From a bacterium (lineage in GTDB: Bacteria > UBP14 > UBA6098 > B30-G16): a DNA stretch of 64,000 nt. How positions within the stretch are numbered: the first letter of the stretch is position 1; the number at the start of each line of letters is the position of its first letter. Shown in pieces: positions 1 to 8,578 of the stretch. Where the stretch lies: NCBI GenBank assembly GCA_030613005.1, contig JAUWMV010000001.1, positions 7,771 through 71,770 of the forward strand, read 5' to 3'. The notes under the pieces are model-generated. The model did no database searches and had not been told where the DNA came from. It was given only the letters and a program-made list of their open reading frames with translations. A program made the translations under genes and the position numbers.

Positions 1-2
1 CG

Positions 3-332
3 AGGGATGGTGAATTGCGCTTTTTAGAGAAAACACAGGGGATGGCTTTGGGAGTAATTGAAAATGTTAGATTTGAAACAAAGAAAACAACTTTAAGGAA
101 AAATGATTCGCTCTTCCTGTATACCGATGGTGTTAACGAAGCAATGGACATAAATTATAATGAATTTTCTATGGAAAGACTGACAAAAACCTTGAAACCT
201 TTATATAATGAGAGTCCTATAGAGATTATTAATAAGGTTATTGAAGAAATTAATACTTTTGCAGCAGGAGTTGACCAATCGGACGATATTACTATTTTAG
301 TTTTAAAATACTTTAAAGGGAGCCGAGATTAG
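3..332 (+). CDS. PP2C/SpoIIE (RsbU-type) serine phosphatase, C-terminal part (5' truncated by window edge)
   Basis: Motifs GMALGV, LFLYTDGVNEA and DQSDDITIL are the PP2C/SpoIIE metal-binding motifs; the frame is open to the left edge. Confidence 0.93.
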   Translation, partial: RDGELRFLEKTQGMALGVIENVRFETKKTTLRKNDSLFLYTDGVNEAMDINYNEFSMERLTKTLKPLYNESPIEIINKVIEEINTFAAGVDQSDDITILVLKYFKGSRD

Positions 333-333
333 A

Positions 334-759
334 ATGGCTATTGTGCAAAAAATTGTATTGAAAAATAATATCTCTGAGATTGAAAGGCTTAGTAATGTTC
401 TTGAGAGCTTTGGAAAAGAAAATGATATTCCACAGAAAACTATTTTCTCTATTAATTTGGCTTTAGAGGAAATGATTTCAAACGTCATCTATTATGGCTA
501 TAAAGACTTTGAGGAGCATTTGATTGCTGTGTTACTATCATATGAGGATGACGAAATTAATATTACAATCGAGGACGATGGTTCGGAGTTTGATCCTACA
601 AAAGTTTCTGAGCCCAATAAAGATATTCCTGTTGAGGAAAGACAAATTGGGGGTTTAGGAATTCATCTTGCTCGGACTTTAATAGATGAAATGAAGTATA
701 AACGTGAAAATAAAAAGAATATTCTTATGCTGAGAAAAGTTATTCCTTCTCTATGTTAA
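334..759 (+). CDS. Anti-sigma factor Ser/Thr kinase (RsbW/SpoIIAB, HATPase_c_2)
   Basis: LALEEMISNVIYYG (N box), IEDDGSEFDP (G1), RQIGGLGIHL (G2); starts 1 nt after the PP2C stop. Confidence 0.92.
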   Translation: MAIVQKIVLKNNISEIERLSNVLESFGKENDIPQKTIFSINLALEEMISNVIYYGYKDFEEHLIAVLLSYEDDEINITIEDDGSEFDPTKVSEPNKDIPVEERQIGGLGIHLARTLIDEMKYKRENKKNILMLRKVIPSLC

Positions 760-904
760 TTGTAACTTTTTGGTTATACACTTTTGAATTTTTTCTAATT
801 ATTACTAAAGAATAACGAATATTTGATTTGCAAATTCGCTTCTTGATAATGGAGACAATAAATAATAATTGCATAATATGATATAATTATTTAGGAGGAA
901 AGTT

Positions 905-1240
905 GTGGAAATAAAAGAAAATAAAAAGGACGCTGTTCTTCTACTTGAACTTAAAGGACGACTGGACGCAAGCACATCACCTAAGTTTCAGAAGAAAATA
1001 CTGTCTGTTATTGAAGGTGGTGAAAAAAACTTAGTTATTGATTTCTCTGATTTGGATTATATAAGTAGTGCCGGTCTTAGGGTGCTTCTTTTAGGTGCTA
1101 AAAAGCTTCAATCTGTTGATGGTAAGATTGTTCTCGCATGTTTGGCTGATCATGTTAAAGAGGTTTTTGATATTGCAGGCTTTTCTGTAATATTCCCTTT
1201 CTACGATGCTACGGAAGATGCTATAAAGAGCTTTGAATAA
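905..1240 (+). CDS. STAS-domain anti-anti-sigma factor (RsbV/SpoIIAA family)
   Basis: GRLDA, DFSDLDYISSAGLRVLL with the phosphoacceptor Ser; AGGAGG SD before GTG start. Confidence 0.95.
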   Translation: MEIKENKKDAVLLLELKGRLDASTSPKFQKKILSVIEGGEKNLVIDFSDLDYISSAGLRVLLLGAKKLQSVDGKIVLACLADHVKEVFDIAGFSVIFPFYDATEDAIKSFE

Positions 1241-1353
1241 TTAGAATCGATAACTAGAAATATTTGCACCGTAAAGAGTTCTCTTGCAAAATGATTTAAC
1301 TCTAAGACCTTTTTTTATCGAATCAACCAAATTTATCCCTTAAGGTTATCATT

Positions 1354-2829
1354 ATGGATATAAAAGACAAAGATGAAGGACAAATTGCCAGCATATCAGT
1401 TAAAGCTGCGACAGATTATCTTCCAGAAGTTACTAATTTCTTCAAAAAGATGTCTGTAAGATTAGGCTTGCGAGAAAAAGAATCCTCTAAATTAGAACTA
1501 ATGGTTGAGGAGGCATGTCTAAACACGATAAATTATTCCTTTGATCCAGGTGAAATCGGCGAATATAAGGTTATACTTATACGTAGACCGGGACAAATTG
1601 TTGTAGCGGTCGAGGACCAAGGGTTGCCTATCGATGTAAAAAAACTAGAAGCCAGTGATGAATCTGGCTTGAGCTTAATTCTGATGAGAGCATTGGCTGA
1701 CGAAGTGAATTTCTATAACCTTGGAAGGCAGGGGAAACGGGTGGAAATGATTAAAAATCTTCCGTTTAAAAATGCTGAACATTACGTTTCTGAGGAAGAT
1801 AAAATTAAAACCATCATTAAAGCCCCAGCTGATGAAAAGCTCGTTTTGAGAATGATTAAACCAGAGGATTCAATTAATCTTGCGAGATGTGTTTATAGAT
1901 CATACGGATACTCGTACGGTATCGATGATATATACTATCCAGATAAAATTCGCGAACTAATTAATAGTGGACTTATGCAGTCTGTTGTTGCAGTTAATCC
2001 TGAGGATGAAATTGCAGGGCATCTGGCTTTGATGTTGGACTCTGTGGATGCAAAGGTGGGAGAGAGTGGTCAGGCGGTTGTCGATCCGCGATATAGAGGA
2101 CGCGGATTATTTAAGGAAATGAAATTATTTCTCGTTGATAAGGCTAAAGATCGCAATATGTATGGTCTTTACAGCGAACCAGTTACTGTGCATCCATATA
2201 CTCAAAAAGGCAATATTACTCTGGGTGCTTATGAAACAGGTATGATGCTCGCTTATACACCCCAGAAAATGGTTTTTAAAGATATTGATTACGCTCAACG
2301 AAAACGTCATTCAGCATTGATTTTCTATTTAAGAGTGGGAAAGGAACCTAAGCGTGATGTATTTCCGCCGTTTCATCACAAGTCTATGATTAGCGCAATC
2401 TATGAACGCAGTGGCCTCCAAAGAGATATTAAAAGAGCAGGGCAAGTTGAGACTGATCTTAGTATTGCGTCTACCGCTAAAGTAGATGTGAAAGCTCAGG
2501 CATACGCTGGAAGAGCATTTATGAAAGTTGTTTCATATGGTTCCGACCTTGAGGATTTAGTTTTATATAGACTAGAGGAGTTATGTTTGAGGAAGATGGA
2601 TGTTATTTTCATCGATCTTCCTATGTCGCATCCAGCTACACAAAGATACTGCGCATCTCTGGAAATGATGGGTTTTTTCTTTTCGGGAATTATACCAGAA
2701 CTAGGTGATGGTGATCATTTAAGATTGCAGTACTTGAATAATGTAGATATAAGTTCCGAGAAACCAGCATTGTTTTCGGATTTCGCCAAAGACTTATATG
2801 CATATGTATTGAAAGCACATTACGGATAA
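1354..2829 (+). CDS. HATPase_c_2 (anti-sigma kinase-like) fused to a GNAT acetyltransferase and a C-terminal domain
   Basis: N-terminal LMVEEACLN, VEDQG, GLSLILMRALADEV; central ESGQAVVDPRYRGRGLF is an acetyl-CoA binding motif A. Confidence 0.85.
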   Translation: MDIKDKDEGQIASISVKAATDYLPEVTNFFKKMSVRLGLREKESSKLELMVEEACLNTINYSFDPGEIGEYKVILIRRPGQIVVAVEDQGLPIDVKKLEASDESGLSLILMRALADEVNFYNLGRQGKRVEMIKNLPFKNAEHYVSEEDKIKTIIKAPADEKLVLRMIKPEDSINLARCVYRSYGYSYGIDDIYYPDKIRELINSGLMQSVVAVNPEDEIAGHLALMLDSVDAKVGESGQAVVDPRYRGRGLFKEMKLFLVDKAKDRNMYGLYSEPVTVHPYTQKGNITLGAYETGMMLAYTPQKMVFKDIDYAQRKRHSALIFYLRVGKEPKRDVFPPFHHKSMISAIYERSGLQRDIKRAGQVETDLSIASTAKVDVKAQAYAGRAFMKVVSYGSDLEDLVLYRLEELCLRKMDVIFIDLPMSHPATQRYCASLEMMGFFFSGIIPELGDGDHLRLQYLNNVDISSEKPALFSDFAKDLYAYVLKAHYG

Positions 2830-2912
2830 AAACCTATTATCTTGGTATTAAGATATATTAATTGACAATTATACAGTTAAATAGAAGCCAAAATCAAACA
2901 AATGGGGTAAAG

Positions 2913-3722
2913 ATGAATAATAGAAAATTATTATTGTTAGCTCTATTCTTAATGATAATTCTATTTATTACTAACGGTTGTAGCAAAAGCTCAATTCCTA
3001 TTGAAAATGTAATTGCAAATCCTACTAAATTTAGTGGCAAAAGGGGAAAATACAAAGTTACATTCGATTCTGTCGCTGTGAAACCTGCTAACATGCCAAA
3101 TAAGCTATCGGTTGTTTGTTACAATAAACAGAGGAATGTGCAAGGATTTCTCACAATCGATATAAATAATCGAGATATTGATAAGTTAATAGATGTAATC
3201 TCGAATAAGCTGGAAAATATTATTGGTAAAGAGTTTGTCTACGATGCAAAACCACTTTCTTCCACAACTAAACCGGGATTTATTGTATTGTTTATTTATG
3301 AAATTGAAGGATTTCAATTCCCATTATCTGTTGAAAATAAGATTACAAAGGATATAATAGACGATTATAAAAAACCGATGGTTGGCGCAAGGTTAGCTTG
3401 CGCGAAGTCGATGCTCAGTCAAATTTATAAATCTTCTACCATGTATTTTGTAGAAAAAGGGGAATACCCTCCCGTAACCGAGGATTTGTTGGACAACATT
3501 CCTAAGGACTTGAATCTTATGCCACCGGGTGGGATTAGATATTTTGAGTATTCGATCACAAAAGGTGGGAACGATAGGTTTGCTGCTCAAGCGGTGCCAT
3601 TTGCTTCAGGACGTGCAAAACCTAATGACAACCGTGAGAAAGAAGACGAGATTTTAAGAGAGATCACAATTTTAAGAATTAACGAACAAGGAGTGATGAC
3701 TGGCGGGAAATATATTAATTAG
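2913..3722 (+). CDS. Hypothetical lipoprotein with C-terminal pilin-like globular domain
   Basis: ATG at 2913 after GGGG; MNNRK, hydrophobic stretch, TNGC lipobox; C-terminal ARLACAKSMLSQIYKSSTMYFVEKGEYP and RYFEYSI...FAAQAVP...LRINEQG resemble type IV pilin heads. Confidence 0.6.
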   Translation: MNNRKLLLLALFLMIILFITNGCSKSSIPIENVIANPTKFSGKRGKYKVTFDSVAVKPANMPNKLSVVCYNKQRNVQGFLTIDINNRDIDKLIDVISNKLENIIGKEFVYDAKPLSSTTKPGFIVLFIYEIEGFQFPLSVENKITKDIIDDYKKPMVGARLACAKSMLSQIYKSSTMYFVEKGEYPPVTEDLLDNIPKDLNLMPPGGIRYFEYSITKGGNDRFAAQAVPFASGRAKPNDNREKEDEILREITILRINEQGVMTGGKYIN

Positions 3723-3758
3723 TATCGATGAATCACGATACAAAAAGCTACTTAATTA

Positions 3759-4274
3759 TTATACTAATTCTCTTAAAGGATTTTCTATTTCATAGGCTTT
3801 TGGAGCTATCGCTCGGATTTCCATTGCCAATTCTTTCGGGGTTGTAACCCATACAACTGAAGTCTTGTCCTTGAATTTTACACACCGAATTACTCGATCC
3901 TTTGCAACTATTTCACCTCGACGATTTAATAATGATACAGTTTCTCCTTTTTCAGGAAGTGGAACAAATTCGTGAGGAAGCTTTAAAAGAGCACTATTAT
4001 CACAATATGAAAGGTCGACAACAAAAATTGCAATCCCAGGACATAATGCGACACAATTGCCGCATCCATTACATAGTTCGAAATCGATCTGAGGTAATGC
4101 ATTAATGTTTTCAAAAGGTAAAATCGCGCCAAAACTACACGATACATAACATGGATCGCAAGGTATTTCCTGAAAGCATTCGATAATTGCCACTGGTCCA
4201 GAAATTAATCTCTGTTTATTAGGTGTAAATTGTTTGATTTCCTCTAGTTCAGGTACGCCATCTTTCCACAGCAT
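3759..4274 (-). CDS. 4Fe-4S ferredoxin-domain protein (like the small Fe-S subunit of dye-linked proline dehydrogenase-type complexes)
   Basis: ECFQEIPCDPCYVSC and CNGCGNCVALCPG clusters; LPHEFVPLP C-terminal motif. Confidence 0.8.
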   Translation of the reverse strand: MLWKDGVPELEEIKQFTPNKQRLISGPVAIIECFQEIPCDPCYVSCSFGAILPFENINALPQIDFELCNGCGNCVALCPGIAIFVVDLSYCDNSALLKLPHEFVPLPEKGETVSLLNRRGEIVAKDRVIRCVKFKDKTSVVWVTTPKELAMEIRAIAPKAYEIENPLRELV

Positions 4275-4275
4275 T

Positions 4276-5448
4276 TCAAAATTCTCTTTCTATTGTTTTT
4301 TTAATTCGAGTAAACGCTTCAGCGATTCTGTCCTTGGATTCGGCGATTGATATTCTCAGGAATCCCGGTGCTCCAAAAGCTTCTCCCGGTACAGTTGCAA
4401 CAAGGGCTTTTTCTAAAAGTAGTTTGGAAAAAATTAATGAGGTAGGAACTTTGTTGTTAAGTAAACCTTTTATGTCGCAGAAAATGTAAAAAGCACCTTT
4501 TGGTGAAAAAGGTTTAATCTCTGGTATATCTTTTAAGAGGTTTAATGTGAAATCTCTACGCTCTTTTATAATCGGTCCTAATTGATTACAGAAGAAATCG
4601 CAATGGGATAGTGCGGCTATAGTTGCGTATTGTGAAATCGTGCACGGATTTGAGGTTTCATGAGCTTGTATTCTTCCCATTGCTGCTACAATGTCGGGAT
4701 CTCCAATTGCCCAGCCAATCCGCCAGCCTGTCATCGCATACGTTTTAGAAACTCCACTTATTATTATTGCCTTTTTGAATATTTCACTACCAAAGCTTAG
4801 TAAAGAGTAATGCTCTCCTTCAAATACGAGTTCTTCATATATTTCATCGGATATTATTGCAATCTTTTCAGGGAGAAAATTAACAATATTTTCAAGTTCC
4901 AATCTTGAATAGATTGAGCCAGTGGGATTTGAGGGAGAATTGAGCATAATGGCTGTCGTTTTATCAGTGATGTATTTGCTTATGACATCTGGATTAACCT
5001 TAAATTCGTCTGACATTTTTGAAGGAACGAGTATAATTTTACCTCTTGCTAATTTAATCATTTCAGGATAGCTAACCCAATATGGAGTTGGAACCAATAC
5101 ATCATCACCCGGCTCGATGACTGTTAAAAGTGCGTTTAAAAGTGATTGTTTTGCTCCTGCAGAGACGATGATATTGTTCCTTGAAATTGGAGTGCCATAC
5201 ATATCTGTATATTTTTGTGCCAAAACTTCTTTAAGCTCAGGCATACCTGATGCGGCAGTGTATTTTATTTTTCCCGCTCTCATGGCTTCTTCAGCGGCAA
5301 TAATAACTTCTTTAGGTGGCTTGAAATCTAGTTCTCCAGATGAGAGTGAAATAACATCGAGACCCTTCTTACGCATTTCTGCAGCCTTTGCAGTTAGAGA
5401 TAAAGTCATACTCGGGAAAATTTTTTCTGCTAATGATGATATTCTCAT
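4276..5448 (-). CDS. aspC: Class I PLP-dependent (aspartate) aminotransferase
   Basis: GAKQSL, PYWVSYP, NSPSNPTG, SDEIY, GVSKTYAMTGWRIG (PLP Lys). Confidence 0.9.
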   Translation of the reverse strand: MRISSLAEKIFPSMTLSLTAKAAEMRKKGLDVISLSSGELDFKPPKEVIIAAEEAMRAGKIKYTAASGMPELKEVLAQKYTDMYGTPISRNNIIVSAGAKQSLLNALLTVIEPGDDVLVPTPYWVSYPEMIKLARGKIILVPSKMSDEFKVNPDVISKYITDKTTAIMLNSPSNPTGSIYSRLELENIVNFLPEKIAIISDEIYEELVFEGEHYSLLSFGSEIFKKAIIISGVSKTYAMTGWRIGWAIGDPDIVAAMGRIQAHETSNPCTISQYATIAALSHCDFFCNQLGPIIKERRDFTLNLLKDIPEIKPFSPKGAFYIFCDIKGLLNNKVPTSLIFSKLLLEKALVATVPGEAFGAPGFLRISIAESKDRIAEAFTRIKKTIEREF

Positions 5449-5460
5449 TAATTACCTCGT

Positions 5461-6135
5461 CTATTTTATATCAACAATTTTTCCATCTTTCAAGAATACT
5501 TTTTTATTGGCATGCTCAGCAATTGTCTGATCATGCGTAACTAATAAAATTGTTCGTCCTTGGGCGTTTAGGTTGTCTATTACAGTCAGTATCTCGTTAC
5601 CGGTTTTAGAATCGAGATTACCTGTTGGCTCATCTGCTAAGATTATATTAGGATCGTTTACAAGAGCTCTTGCAATAGCCACTCTTTGACGTTCGCCTCC
5701 GGATAGTTCGGTGGGTTTATGGTTCATTCGATCTTTTAAGTTTACATTATCCAAAACCTCTGCAGCTCTACTCAATCTTTTTTTTCTTGGAATCCCTGAA
5801 TAAATCAGCGGAAGTTGAACATTTTCTATTGCTGATTCTCTTGGCAAAAGATTAAAAGTCTGAAAAATGAAACCGACTTGCCTGTTCCTTATATAAGCTA
5901 GTTCCTTCTCCGAAAGTCCTATCGTATCCTGATTGTTGAAAATATACTGTCCATCGTCGGGAACATCTAAAAAACCTATTATATTCATAAGGGTAGACTT
6001 TCCTGAACCTGAAGGTCCCATTATAGCGAGATATTCTCCGCTCTCGATTGTTAAGCTAATGTCGTCCAGAGCGTTGATAAATATGTCGCCCATTTTATAT
6101 CTTTTACTGATATTTACAAGTTCTAATAGAGACAT
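5461..6135 (-). CDS. ABC transporter ATP-binding protein (MacB/LolD-type)
   Basis: GPSGSGKST, LSGGERQRVAIARAL, ILADEPTGNLD, VTHD; ATG at 6135 preferred over TTG at 6144. Confidence 0.92.
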   Translation of the reverse strand: MSLLELVNISKRYKMGDIFINALDDISLTIESGEYLAIMGPSGSGKSTLMNIIGFLDVPDDGQYIFNNQDTIGLSEKELAYIRNRQVGFIFQTFNLLPRESAIENVQLPLIYSGIPRKKRLSRAAEVLDNVNLKDRMNHKPTELSGGERQRVAIARALVNDPNIILADEPTGNLDSKTGNEILTVIDNLNAQGRTILLVTHDQTIAEHANKKVFLKDGKIVDIK

Positions 6136-6214
6136 AGAACCCAAATTTTATCTTTACATTGCATATTTGCAAGTTAATTTTCATTTTAATTTAAGTTGAT
6201 GTAAGGAGGTAAGG

Positions 6215-6946
6215 ATGAATAGGTTTATGGCTGATTTGACATATCAAGATTTCAAGTCGCTTGTCCCATCTGAAATTGATACTGTAATACTCCCTGTTGG
6301 AACAATTGAAGCTCATAGCTGCACAAACCTTGGAACCGATGTTACAATCCCAGATTTTATCGCTAAGAATCTTGCTCCGGAAATTCAAGCTCTAATTGCG
6401 CCTTCAATATCGTATGGTATTACTAGAACTCTCCGAGCTTTTCCAGGTTCTATGACAGTTTCACCAAAATCCTTTGAGGTATATGTGGGTGATGTTCTTA
6501 TAGGTTTATTTAAGACAGGATTCAAGAAAGCTATTATTATCAACGGTCATGGAGGTCATTATAATGAATTAAAGGATATAGCGCTAAGGGCTTGGGAATT
6601 GACATCTGGGTATACAATTATTATTCATTGGTGGCATTTGGTAGAATCTTTGACAAGGGAGTTTTTTGGTGAATCTGGTGGTCACGGTGGTATTGACGAG
6701 ACAGCTATGGTTCTCGCGGCTGACCACAATCTTGTTAGACCTAAGCAATGCGAAGATATTCAACCTTATCTTGTTCGACCGGGAACCTATGTATTTCCTA
6801 TTGCTGCACCGTTATTGTTGTATAAAGAAGGTGAAGGTCTTCCCAAATTTGACGAAGAACTTGCAAAAACATATGCGAATAAAGTAATAGATTTCATTAT
6901 CAATTATGTGAGAGATGTTTTCCAAGCATGGAAGAAAAATTTCTGA
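6215..6946 (+). CDS. Creatininase-family amidohydrolase
   Basis: PVGTIEAH, LGTD, INGHGG, GHGGIDET; AAGGAGGT SD. Confidence 0.88.
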   Translation: MNRFMADLTYQDFKSLVPSEIDTVILPVGTIEAHSCTNLGTDVTIPDFIAKNLAPEIQALIAPSISYGITRTLRAFPGSMTVSPKSFEVYVGDVLIGLFKTGFKKAIIINGHGGHYNELKDIALRAWELTSGYTIIIHWWHLVESLTREFFGESGGHGGIDETAMVLAADHNLVRPKQCEDIQPYLVRPGTYVFPIAAPLLLYKEGEGLPKFDEELAKTYANKVIDFIINYVRDVFQAWKKNF

Positions 6947-6951
6947 TCTGC

Positions 6952-7449
6952 TTACAAAAAGCGTTCATCGGATAGTTTCGTTTCTGCAAAACTCAGTTTA
7001 TTGCTCAACCATCCGACTCTTATCTCTTCTGCTGCAATAGATTCTGGAATATAAGGTTTGATATCTAAAAGAGGTGTGCCATCTACGATATCGATATTCT
7101 CAATATAGATTATGTTTTTCTCAATTTTAATGTTTTTAACAATTGATAGACCGATCCCGTTTGGTCTCCTGGGTGCTCGTGTAGCGAATACACCAGTAGC
7201 GAATACACCATGCTGCACATCATCTACAAAAGGTATAACTTTTAAGGAATATCCTTTTGAAAGGTGAAAATGAAAAAGGAGTATCAAGTGTGAGAATCCA
7301 TCGAGGTCTATAAGTCCATCTATATATTCAGGAAAAACTTCCACAGTTGCTTTGATACCTTTTCCACTTTTTGGTTGTATAGGTATCCCTTTGGGGTCTT
7401 TAAAAGGTGTATGAATTATACCGATAGGATTGAGAATAATTTTTTCCAT
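6952..7449 (-). CDS. trmO: tRNA (N6-threonylcarbamoyl-A37)-methyltransferase TrmO/TsaA
   Basis: PIGIIHTPF, LDGFSHL, GVFATRAPRRPNGIGLS, DGTPLLDIKPY. Confidence 0.92.
   Translation of the reverse strand: MEKIILNPIGIIHTPFKDPKGIPIQPKSGKGIKATVEVFPEYIDGLIDLDGFSHLILLFHFHLSKGYSLKVIPFVDDVQHGVFATGVFATRAPRRPNGIGLSIVKNIKIEKNIIYIENIDIVDGTPLLDIKPYIPESIAAEEIRVGWLSNKLSFAETKLSDERFL
7181..7210. repeat. Exact 15-bp tandem duplication (GTAGCGAATACACCA x2) inside trmO
   Basis: Read directly: 7181-7195 equals 7196-7210; gives GVFAT-GVFAT-R. Confidence 0.95.
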
Positions 7450-7506
7450 ATACTAATCCCTATTTGAAATCAAAATAGTCTATGTAAAAAATAGTAGAAT
7501 AAAAAG

Positions 7507-8049
7507 TCACTGATTTCTGGGTTTCGAAAATCTTTTTTCAAATTCTGCAGTGTAAGTTTTATATAATCCTTCGTTTCTAAGCACAATTTTCACTTCTAAA
7601 ATCTTTTTCGAATCGAGGAGAAATTCAATTATGCTTTCCACCATCGTTTGGGCTGCATCATGAGCGGGAAATTTGCCAACTCCAGTTCCAAATGCTGGTA
7701 TTGCTATTGATTCGATATTAATTTCTTCAGCCTTAATAAGAAGATTTTTTGTTGATAGTGCAATTGATTCTTTTGTACATTTTAGTTCCTGTCCCATAAT
7801 TACTACATGAAGAATTTTATCAAACGGAAGTTGTCCGGCGGATGTAACCACAACATCACCAATTTTTTTTTGTCCTTGCTTCATAGCTTCTGTCTCGATT
7901 TCATCCCCGCCTTTTTTTCTTATTGTCTCCGCTATTCGACCACCCATCCAAAGTCTATCATTGGCGGATATGGCAATTGCATCGACATCTTGCTCTGTAA
8001 TATCTCCAAGAATAATTCGAACTTTCGCTTTGTTTATTCGAAGTTCCAT
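7507..8049 (-). CDS. Macro domain protein (MacroD/YmdB-like, altered active-site loops)
   Basis: GDITEQDVDAI, GDVVVTSAGQL, SIAIPAFGTGVGKFP. Confidence 0.88.
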   Translation of the reverse strand: MELRINKAKVRIILGDITEQDVDAIAISANDRLWMGGRIAETIRKKGGDEIETEAMKQGQKKIGDVVVTSAGQLPFDKILHVVIMGQELKCTKESIALSTKNLLIKAEEINIESIAIPAFGTGVGKFPAHDAAQTMVESIIEFLLDSKKILEVKIVLRNEGLYKTYTAEFEKRFSKPRNQ

Positions 8050-8078
8050 AAACTCTCCTATAAAAATTCTATGAAAAA

Positions 8079-8570
8079 TTACTCATCTTTGATTATAATT
8101 CTGGTTCTGACCACCAAGGATTCTGAATATCCATATACTCTAATTTCTGTTCTCAATGCCTCGGCTTCTTCAGTATCAATAATATTCCCGATTCTTACTT
8201 TATAATAAGGTGGATCGAATTCAACATAAACATTTTCATCGAGTTTGTTTCGAGCATTTTCAGCGATTCTCTCGGCTTCGTCCTTTTCAAATGACGAAAA
8301 TATTTGTACTCTAAATCCCCATGTTTCCTTTTCACCTGACGGTTGTCTTATTACCTCATGCCCGAGGATTTCTGAATATGAATCTTTATTTTTGTTCTTT
8401 TTGGGTGGAGATTTTGGTTCTACGACAGATTCTGGCATTTCTTTTTCAGCAATAGGCATCGTATATCTGGTTTTATTGGTATTTATTCTGTTTTGATGTG
8501 AAACAGTACAACCTGGAATAAGAATTACTAGTGTAACTATTAATAAAAGAGTTAAGATTTTCTTGCTCAT
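8079..8570 (-). CDS. SPOR-domain lipoprotein
   Basis: Lipobox IPGC; GFRVQIFS...PYYKVRIGN SPOR motif. Confidence 0.85.
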   Translation of the reverse strand: MSKKILTLLLIVTLVILIPGCTVSHQNRINTNKTRYTMPIAEKEMPESVVEPKSPPKKNKNKDSYSEILGHEVIRQPSGEKETWGFRVQIFSSFEKDEAERIAENARNKLDENVYVEFDPPYYKVRIGNIIDTEEAEALRTEIRVYGYSESLVVRTRIIIKDE

Positions 8571-8578
8571 GTTTAATC

